Of a stretch of 5,681 nucleotides of DNA, positions 1 through 5,364 are shown piece after piece. A program made the position numbers and the translations under genes. A model generated the notes under the pieces. It saw only the letters and a program-made list of their open reading frames with translations. It was not told the DNA's origin and made no database searches. The stretch lies in the IMG/VR virus record IMGVR_UViG_3300029179_000173, one strand, 5' to 3'. This stretch comes from a virus. The first letter of the stretch is position 1. Each line of letters begins with the position of its first letter.

Positions 1-96
1 TTGGCTCCCCGTTGTTTACTTTTCGTTCGATCTTCATCTCGATCGGTTCTCCTTCTTTGCTTTCGTTGATTCTTAGGCGTTGTCCTTTTGAAAAAT
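1..96. repeat. Terminal direct repeat, left copy; assembly overlap of a circular molecule
   Basis: ttggctccccgttgtttacttttcgttcgatcttcatctcgatcggttctccttctttgctttcgttgattcttaggcgttgtccttttgaaaaat is read identically at 1-96 and 5586-5681. Confidence 0.95.
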
Positions 97-109
97 TTGC
101 TGTTTTCAT
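1..109 (-). CDS. N-terminal end of the junction-spanning 109-aa ORF (hypothetical protein); it continues at 5585 down to 5365 on the circle
   Basis: The minus-strand ATG at 109-107 reads MKTANFSKGQRLRINESKEGEPIE, in frame and without stops, into the MKIERKVNNGEP... ORF. The ATG at 37-35 is equivalent to 5622-5620. It is the first ATG after the capsid stop, and the leader is A-rich (AAACAAAACACAAAAATG). Confidence 0.7.
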   Translation of the reverse strand, partial: MKTANFSKGQRLRINESKEGEPIEMKIERKVNNGEP

Positions 110-145
110 TTTTGTGTTTTGTTTAATGGTTTTAAGTTTGCGGCA

Positions 146-173
146 CCCTGTCCCGTCCCCGGTTCCGCCCCCC
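146..173 (-). other. Canonical G-quadruplex motif on the coding/viral strand, in the VP1-downstream intergenic region
   Basis: The minus strand reads GGGGGG-CGGAACC-GGGG-AC-GGG-ACA-GGG. That is four runs of at least 3 G with loops of 7, 2 and 3 nt. It begins about 10 nt after the capsid TAA at 186-184. The strand is G-rich but has little self-complementarity, so it is not a simple hairpin. Confidence 0.45.
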
Positions 174-183
174 GGTGGTTGTT

Positions 184-2253
184 TTATAAGTTCGGCATTA
201 CCTTTGCACTCATTTTTCTACGTGCTGTGATTTGTGCCCCAACTTGTACCCAAAAGTTCATTGCATCCAGTCGCGTGTCTGCGAATATCTGGTTGAACTT
301 CATTGGGTCTATGTACGTTGTTAGGTCGCTGATTTTCATTTCATTGTTCGTCAACCATTCCATTTCGTACCGTCTCCCCAGTACCATGAACATCTGTTCA
401 GATTGTATTGCGAAGTTTCCTAGTGCTTTGTTGTAACTGGTCATGTAGTTGATCCATGCCGGTTGCTTCCCTGCGCTCTTGAATGTTGGAGTTGATCCGG
501 TTAATCTTGTGTCCCACCATGCCATTTGATCCGTAATCAGGTCCTGAAATCCTATTTGGTCCAGTGCTGGTTTGTGTAGGTCATTGATTGTAGCTAGGTT
601 AACATCCCAATCATTGCCTTGCGTATAGTCCAGGTTAGGTGTGATATGGCATATCCCAATGATGTAACTAGGTTCGTCCACCTTTATGATTGCTTTTCCA
701 CCTTTGTGTTTGTCTCCCAGTCTTCCACGTCCGGCTAATGTTCCTAATGGTTCTCCAGCTTGTGCCGCTGTTGAGACTACCTCTTGGAATACTATATTTT
801 TGATCATTCCGCCCATGTAGATTGGGCTTTCTGCGCTTCTGGTTCTGTCGTGTGTGTACACTGCGTCCAACCAATCGTCGTAAGATCCCCCTGACGCGGC
901 GATACGGTTTAACATGTCGTAAACCTTTTTACTTAACAGGAATTCGTCAATTGTGAAGCTGTTACCGGTTGTGTCTACTTTCGTCACTTCTGCGATACCA
1001 TTAGGTACCCCGGTAATCCATTCTGTACTCAACCAGTTGTTGAAAATGTCTGATTTGTACGTTTTCACTGCTAATCCTTCTTGACTGCCTTGTAAGCTGC
1101 TCACCTGTGTTGTGGTGTTTCTTTCCAGAATTGTGTTGTAAGGCGCTCTTCCTGATAGTCGTGTGATCACGTATGGAACAACCTGTGACGCTTGTAGTAT
1201 TGCTGTTCTCTCTGCGTCTATGTTGGCCAGTGGGAACGTTGCAAGCTGTGGGCTTGGTACTGTCAGTGGTGTGTTAGCTACGAATAAGAAGTAGCTGCTG
1301 TCCCAGTTGTTGAATGCTTGAAGTCCGTATGCTGTTGGCTCGCTGTAAGTGATCGTTGCAGCTCCTGATCCGTTTTGGTTGAAGCTCTGGAAGCATTTCG
1401 TTAACGCTACGGCTATTGCGCCTTGTGGTGTGTTGAACCGGATAAACATCTGTGATGGGTCAAACCCTGCTGATAGTGATGTGGTGTTGATGTTGATAAA
1501 TCCGGTAGGGTCTAGGTTTCTTCTTACCCACACATCAGGTCCTACTATTGGTACTACTAACGGCGCGGCTACGTTGGTACGCCAAAAGTTTGCGGAACTC
1601 ATTACGATCGTTTGAGCTGTCGTGGAGTTGTGTATGTAAACTCCGTTCGTTTCTTGCTTGTTAGCGTAGTAGTTCTTGTAGATGTCCCAGTACGCCAAGT
1701 ATGGCACCCCATTGTATCGTCTTGTCGAAAATGCTGTTGCTGTTGATTGGCTTCCGTTGCCTGATATCCCCAGATACTTTAGCAAGCTGCTCGGGTTGAT
1801 TTGATAATTGTCAGGGTTACCCGGTTGGCTTGTGTTGTTTACTAGGTTTCTTAGTTCCACTTCTATGAGTGGTAACTTTACTTGGCTCATGTTCATACCT
1901 ATTCCCAGCATGTTCATATGCAACATACTGTTGTATAATCTCATAGGACATAGGAATAGGTCGCATTGAAATTGGAAGCTCCCAAATAGCGGCCCTATTG
2001 TTGGGCTTGTGAATATATCTGCGCTTAATTCGATGTCGAATGTGTCGCCCGGTAGTGCTACCTCTTTTAAGAATGGGACTAGTGTCCCCGGGGACATTGT
2101 TGTTCGAAGTATTCGCGACATGTTGTGCGTACTTCTTTCATAGTGGTGTAGGTGTACTTTGCTTTTTTTTCCACCGCCTAATCTTTCTCCTCCTAGTGTT
2201 TTTTCCATGGTGTTACTTGGTTTTTGCGATTTGTTTTTCGATTGAATCTGCAA
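184..2253 (-). CDS. Major capsid protein (Microviridae F / VP1 family)
   Basis: This is the largest ORF at 689 aa. Residues 41-74, STHNMSRILRTTMSPGTLVPFLKEVALPGDTFDI, fit the conserved microvirus capsid N-terminal signature (G.L.P....LPGD.F). The C-terminus ...ITARRKMSAKVMPNL is typical of the family. An alternative start ATG at 2208-2206 (MEKTLGG..., 674 aa) lies 4 nt after the upstream ORF stop and would remove a 41-nt overlap. Confidence 0.93.
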   Translation of the reverse strand: MQIQSKNKSQKPSNTMEKTLGGERLGGGKKSKVHLHHYERSTHNMSRILRTTMSPGTLVPFLKEVALPGDTFDIELSADIFTSPTIGPLFGSFQFQCDLFLCPMRLYNSMLHMNMLGIGMNMSQVKLPLIEVELRNLVNNTSQPGNPDNYQINPSSLLKYLGISGNGSQSTATAFSTRRYNGVPYLAYWDIYKNYYANKQETNGVYIHNSTTAQTIVMSSANFWRTNVAAPLVVPIVGPDVWVRRNLDPTGFININTTSLSAGFDPSQMFIRFNTPQGAIAVALTKCFQSFNQNGSGAATITYSEPTAYGLQAFNNWDSSYFLFVANTPLTVPSPQLATFPLANIDAERTAILQASQVVPYVITRLSGRAPYNTILERNTTTQVSSLQGSQEGLAVKTYKSDIFNNWLSTEWITGVPNGIAEVTKVDTTGNSFTIDEFLLSKKVYDMLNRIAASGGSYDDWLDAVYTHDRTRSAESPIYMGGMIKNIVFQEVVSTAAQAGEPLGTLAGRGRLGDKHKGGKAIIKVDEPSYIIGICHITPNLDYTQGNDWDVNLATINDLHKPALDQIGFQDLITDQMAWWDTRLTGSTPTFKSAGKQPAWINYMTSYNKALGNFAIQSEQMFMVLGRRYEMEWLTNNEMKISDLTTYIDPMKFNQIFADTRLDAMNFWVQVGAQITARRKMSAKVMPNL

Positions 2254-2524
2254 CTATGCTGATTACTTGCATTATTTTCTCCCATGTGATTTTTTCCGCC
2301 CATAGGAAAGCGTCTTCTTGGTCATCGAAGGGTTCCGGGTTCAGTCGGTGATTTCCGATCACTACGAAGTACTGATCATCTGTTTCATCGTCTCGGTCTC
2401 CACGTTTTTTAACTATTGAAAAAGGTGTCCCCTCTACTGGTTGTACTGTGAACATTTCTTCGCTGTTGTTTTTTTGTGTTTGGTGTTCCAACGTGAATGG
2501 GACACCTTTGTCTTCTTTGCTCAT
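2213..2524 (-). CDS. Hypothetical protein, 103 aa, acidic; translationally coupled to Rep
   Basis: The ORF fills the whole gap between Rep and the capsid gene on the coding strand. Its ATG (2524-2522) overlaps the Rep TGA (2523-2521) as ATGA. The composition is D/E-rich (DRDDETDD, PEPFDDQED). I recognise no family. Confidence 0.6.
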   Translation of the reverse strand: MSKEDKGVPFTLEHQTQKNNSEEMFTVQPVEGTPFSIVKKRGDRDDETDDQYFVVIGNHRLNPEPFDDQEDAFLWAEKITWEKIMQVISIVADSIEKQIAKTK

Positions 2525-3561
2525 GGTTTTTGAATTTTAATTAGAGTTTGTTTTTTGTTCTGCTTGGCGAATATTTCGCCTGTTTCAGGGTCCACGTATT
2601 GCCATTCGGTAGCTCGTTTGGTTCTGGTCTTAAAGTTCAGGTTTCTTCGTTGGATTTCATAGTTTTTTTGACTCCAATTTTCTTTGTTATTCCCGTATCC
2701 GAAGCGGTCATTTTGTTTTTGAGCTTCTTCAAGTGCTTTGTAGTACGTTTTCATTCCCTCCGGTGTTGATACATCGATCGCTATCTTGTTTACATATCGT
2801 ATGTTCTTGTCGAGCTTTTGTAACCACAATTTTTCCCGTTCTTCTTCGCTGTATAATTTGTTCCTCCAGTATATTGGTAGTGCTACTTTTTTCCCTTGTC
2901 TGGTTTTATACGTCTCGTCTGTCTCCCGGTCGTCTGTGTATTTGTTGTTTTGCGCGTCGTATCGGTTTACGTAGTTTTTCCCGATTCCCGGTGATGTTAA
3001 TATTTTTGGTTTGTAGTACTTATGCTCCTGGTCAATTTTTGTCGCGTACTTTATGCAGTAGTTTATGGTTCTGTCGTTTACGTATTGTCCAATAAATACG
3101 AAACCGTGTCTCCATATCTTCGTGATGCTTTCTCGGTCTTTCGAGAATATTATCCCGTGAAGGTGTATGTTTTTTGTGCCTTTGTGTCCGAGCTCTGTTA
3201 TTAGCCAGTGTTTCACGGATTTTCCGTGTTTGCTTCTCCAGTTTTCTAGGAAGCGTCTTACTCCTATTGTTGCTATTTCGTTATCTCGTTCGTAGCCTTC
3301 TGTTTCTACGTCTTCCCCGATTTCGGCTATTGCTTCGTCCGAGAATGTCAGAGTTACGAATTGTCCGGTGTTGTCGGTTCTTAGTTCTTCTTGTAGCCTT
3401 ACTTGCCATTCTCGTGCTCGCTTCTTTTGGCATTCCATACATTTGCCACATCCTACTGGTACCATCTTTACCCGCTCATCTTTCATTTCGGGTGCGTTGC
3501 CGTTGTTCTTTTTTGTTGCTTTATATTTTGGATTTGGTAAAAGTTTTGGAAATAAGCACAT
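2521..3561 (-). CDS. Rolling-circle replication initiation protein (Microviridae A / VP4, HUH endonuclease)
   Basis: Motif I is FVTLTF (aa 68-73, nt 3360-3343). The HUH motif is HLH within NIHLHGIIF (aa 133-135, nt 3165-3157). The catalytic pair is YCIKY (Y168 and Y172, nt 3060-3046), with the Yxxx Y spacing seen in the phiX174 A protein. An N-terminal CGKCMEC cysteine cluster is typical of VP4 proteins. Confidence 0.92.
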   Translation of the reverse strand: MCLFPKLLPNPKYKATKKNNGNAPEMKDERVKMVPVGCGKCMECQKKRAREWQVRLQEELRTDNTGQFVTLTFSDEAIAEIGEDVETEGYERDNEIATIGVRRFLENWRSKHGKSVKHWLITELGHKGTKNIHLHGIIFSKDRESITKIWRHGFVFIGQYVNDRTINYCIKYATKIDQEHKYYKPKILTSPGIGKNYVNRYDAQNNKYTDDRETDETYKTRQGKKVALPIYWRNKLYSEEEREKLWLQKLDKNIRYVNKIAIDVSTPEGMKTYYKALEEAQKQNDRFGYGNNKENWSQKNYEIQRRNLNFKTRTKRATEWQYVDPETGEIFAKQNKKQTLIKIQKP

Positions 3562-3653
3562 TTTTATTTGCTTTTTTCGATTTCGTTTTATTACCCCTTT
3601 ATTTTGCTTTAGAGGCGTTATTTTTTTTGACGTGTGTATGTATTACTCTACTG

Positions 3654-3674
3654 TCGATCGTTTAACCTGATCGA
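3654..3674. promoter_or_regulatory. Stem-loop at the distal end of the 115-nt AT-rich intergenic region upstream of rep; function unknown
   Basis: TCGATC (3654-3659) and GATCGA (3669-3674) form a 6-bp perfect inverted repeat around a 9-nt loop gtttaacct. The element starts 2 nt after the stop of the 77-aa ORF. No U-tract follows on the coding strand, so it is not a classical terminator. Confidence 0.3.
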
Positions 3675-3676
3675 TT

Positions 3677-3910
3677 TTAAGAAGCCAAATTTTCTTTGGT
3701 GCCTTCCTTAACCCCTCCAAATATTATTTCGGTTTGTGGATTACGTTTGCAGGTGTAGTTGATTATTCTTACCACTGTTTGTGGCGGTTCTTCTTTGTAG
3801 TGTTGTTCTTTTTTTATCACTACGTACTCTCCGTTGTCAATTCTTTGTTTTGCTATTACTTTTCTGTTTTCGTCAAAGTAGCAGGTTGTTGTTCTCCAGT
3901 GCTTTAACAT
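3677..3910 (-). CDS. Hypothetical protein, 77 aa
   Basis: The ORF is on the coding strand and fills the space between neighbours, 26 nt after the previous stop. The amino-acid composition looks normal (MLKHWRTTTCYFDENRKVIAKQRIDNGEYVVIKKEQ...). I recognise no family. Confidence 0.55.
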   Translation of the reverse strand: MLKHWRTTTCYFDENRKVIAKQRIDNGEYVVIKKEQHYKEEPPQTVVRIINYTCKRNPQTEIIFGGVKEGTKENLAS

Positions 3911-3936
3911 GGTGTTTGATGGTTTTGGTACTAGTT

Positions 3937-4176
3937 TCAGTTTAACTCGCTCAAATGCCCCTGACCGGTCCAGGAGGTCATCCCGTGTCCGCCATGGAAC
4001 GGAAGGCCCGCTTCGGGCCGTGCGCGAGACGGAGCTGCGGCGGCCGGGATAAGTCCGAGTTTAATTTTTGTCCAGTCGCTGTAAAAGTTTCTGTTCAGGA
4101 AAGCGTAAGCTTTTGCTGCGTCTTCGTATTCCTCCGGGTGTAGACCCGGGTCTAGGTTATAGTTGTGTCTTATCAT
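3937..4176 (-). CDS. Hypothetical protein, 79 aa; the C-terminal half is encoded by a GC-rich structured island and may not be genuinely coding
   Basis: The first ~42 aa look protein-like (MIRHNYNLDPGLHPEEYEDAAKAYAFLNRNFYSDWTKIKLGL). The remainder, IPAAAAPSRARPEAGLPFHGGHGMTSWTGQGH, is low-complexity and comes from the 73% GC segment. The opposite strand is also open there (3955-4143), as expected for GC-rich DNA, so openness is weak evidence of coding. Confidence 0.45.
   Translation of the reverse strand: MIRHNYNLDPGLHPEEYEDAAKAYAFLNRNFYSDWTKIKLGLIPAAAAPSRARPEAGLPFHGGHGMTSWTGQGHLSELN
3957..4050 (-). other. GC-rich compositional island (~94 nt) with nested helices; candidate structured ssDNA or RNA element
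   Basis: I count 69 of 94 G+C (73%), against 24 of 60 (40%) in the adjacent 4061-4120. Helices seen: ATCCCG 3980-3985 with CGGGAT 4045-4050; CCGCC 3989-3993 with GGCGG 4039-4043; GGCCCG 4005-4010 with CGGGCC 4014-4019 (loop ctt); GACC 3963-3966 with GGTC 3976-3979. There are also palindromes GACCGGTC and CCATGG. Confidence 0.5.
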
Positions 4177-4205
4177 TGTTTTGTAGTTTTAATTTCTGTC
4201 AAATG

Positions 4206-4239
4206 CAAAAATAAGGCGGAGCCTTTTTTTGGCCCCGCC
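4206..4239 (-). terminator. Putative intrinsic terminator downstream of the VP2 gene
   Basis: The minus strand reads GGCGGGGCC-AAAAAAA-GGCUCCGCC followed by UUAUUUUUG. The stem is 9 bp, with 8 G-C pairs and one G.U. That position is a wobble only on the minus strand; on the plus strand it is an A-C mismatch. Confidence 0.55.
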
Positions 4240-4250
4240 CCACCGGGCGG
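4235..4250 (-). other. Second GC hairpin that shares 5 nt with the 5' arm of the terminator stem
   Basis: On the plus strand, CCGCCC 4235-4240 pairs with GGGCGG 4245-4250 around the loop cacc. Positions 4235-4239 are also needed for the 4231-4239 arm of the terminator hairpin, so the two structures exclude each other. Confidence 0.45.
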
Positions 4251-4257
4251 CCCCCCT

Positions 4258-5298
4258 TTAATGGTTTTGTATTAAGTCCTTCATTGATTCTCTGTACTGG
4301 CTGTGCGTCATTTGGTCCGGATTTTTTTCCGTTTTTTGTAGTAGCTTCATTATTGATCCGGTTGAGTTTCCGATAATTCTACTTACTCTTTCTGTTTCTG
4401 CTCCCATCCCTGTTCTGAATTCTACGTCTCGTTCAGCTAGCTTTGCTAATCTGTTTTTGATTTCGTTTTCGAAGTCCCGTTGGTTTACGCTTTCGTTTGT
4501 TGCTCTCATTTGCGTGTATGTCGCTGAGATTTCTGCTGCGATTTTTTCCGTAGTTTTTTGTACGTTCTGCAGTCCAGCTCGTTGTAGGTCTATTCTTAAC
4601 TGCTGTTCCACCGTCTGCTGTCTGATCTGTTTTATTACGGTGTCCATAGTTTCCGCTTTTATCTTGCCTTCAGCTTCTGCCCCTCTTGTCTCTGCAATGA
4701 TTTTTTCAGTTGCTTGTACTAGTTGTTTGTTTACTAGTTCCGGGTTTTCAGCTCGTGCGTCTTTCGATTTGTTGGATATTTCCAGTTCTATCGATTTTAG
4801 TTCTTTGTCGAAAGCTAGCAGTTCGTTCTGGATTGCTTTGTTCGCTGTTTCCGCTGCTATTGCGGCGATTCGTCCTTTGCTTTCCTCCGTATCTACGCCT
4901 GCGGTTTTCGCTGCGTCTGCTTTTTTAACTTCGGTGTCTGCTTTCGTGTTTTCGATTAGTGCTTTTTGTTGTTCGAGTTGCAGACCTAATCCTATGTTAA
5001 ACTGTGCGCTATTGCTTTGGCTTCCGGTGCCTGACCCGGCTCCCCCTGAAGTTGTGCCCCCGGCAGCTCCACCCATTCCGTAGACTAGGCTAGGATTGAG
5101 TCCAGCCTTTTTCAGTTGCTCCATTGTTCCCTGTGGTCCTGTTCGTTGCCACAGGTCGTAAGCCAATTCTTGGTTGAATTTGTTGATCTTCTTCTGGTAC
5201 TTGTGCTGTCTTTTCATATTGATAGCATTTCCCACTTGTTCGATTCCGAATTGCGTTGCCCCTTGGGCTACCGCCATTCCTAGGTTTTCCCAACTCAT
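4258..5298 (-). CDS. DNA pilot / minor capsid protein (Microviridae H / VP2 family)
   Basis: The ORF is 346 aa. The N-terminal block ...WQRTGPQGTMEQLKKAGLNPSLVYG contains the AGLNP motif that I recognise from VP2 proteins. A Gly-rich linker follows (GMGGAAGGTTSGGAGSGTGS, aa 74-92). The rest is a long A/E/K/Q-rich helical region, consistent with the coiled-coil tube formed by phiX174 H. Confidence 0.85.
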   Translation of the reverse strand: MSWENLGMAVAQGATQFGIEQVGNAINMKRQHKYQKKINKFNQELAYDLWQRTGPQGTMEQLKKAGLNPSLVYGMGGAAGGTTSGGAGSGTGSQSNSAQFNIGLGLQLEQQKALIENTKADTEVKKADAAKTAGVDTEESKGRIAAIAAETANKAIQNELLAFDKELKSIELEISNKSKDARAENPELVNKQLVQATEKIIAETRGAEAEGKIKAETMDTVIKQIRQQTVEQQLRIDLQRAGLQNVQKTTEKIAAEISATYTQMRATNESVNQRDFENEIKNRLAKLAERDVEFRTGMGAETERVSRIIGNSTGSIMKLLQKTEKNPDQMTHSQYRESMKDLIQNH

Positions 5299-5364
5299 AT
5301 TTTTCGCGCTTTTTTAAAGCGACTTTTATAAGTTCATATATTAGTATACATGCGTACGACCCAC

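Noticed and set aside
1-96. Terminal repeats considered as LTRs, transposon ends or phage cos/DTR packaging repeats.
   Set aside because: The repeats are direct, exact, and cut off at the window edges. The gene content is a circular ssDNA phage, so an assembly overlap is the simplest explanation.
668-874. Minus-strand 68-aa ORF in an alternative frame inside the capsid gene, considered as a phiX E-like overlapping lysis gene.
   Set aside because: It is extremely basic and polar (R/K/N/Q/T/G-rich) with no hydrophobic segment. That composition is expected for an off-frame reading of an A-rich coding strand.
3638-3646. ATGTATTAC, which resembles the circovirus/geminivirus origin nonanucleotide (TAGTATTAC or TAATATTAC).
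   Set aside because: It is on the plus strand of the window, which is the complement of the viral strand that Rep must nick. It is not in a hairpin loop. Microvirus A/VP4 Reps are not known to use the CRESS-virus nonamer, so this is probably chance in AT-rich DNA.
3957-4050. Tested whether the GC-rich island is a tRNA or a known self-cleaving ribozyme.
   Set aside because: There is no GTTCRANYC T-loop, no D-loop or cloverleaf geometry, and no hammerhead CUGAUGA...GAAA core on either strand. I also saw no obvious twister or HDV-like nested pseudoknot. This visual check cannot exclude other RNA families.
3955-4143. Plus-strand 62-aa ORF across the GC-rich island.
   Set aside because: GC-rich sequence lacks stop codons in most frames, so openness is expected. 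The ORF is antisense to the only strand that carries genes.
4206-4213. The minus-strand TATTTTTG matches the Bacteroides -7 promoter consensus TAnnTTTG, and a perfect TTGACA hexamer follows at about 4193-4198.
   Set aside because: No TTTG -33 element lies at the right distance upstream; that position is inside the GC hairpin. No acceptable -10 hexamer lies 16-18 nt after TTGACA. The T-run is better explained as the terminator U-tract.
5090-5293. Minus-strand 67-aa ORF in an alternative frame inside the VP2 gene.
   Set aside because: The argument is the same: polar and basic composition, no transmembrane stretch, no motif. Only conservation in relatives could rescue it.
5323-5338. The minus-strand GAACTTATAAAAG loosely resembles the phiX174 origin core CAACTTGATATTAATAAC.
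   Set aside because: Only about 6 contiguous nt match, and the critical TG/ATA nick context is missing. The phiX origin lies inside gene A. The resemblance is too weak to call.
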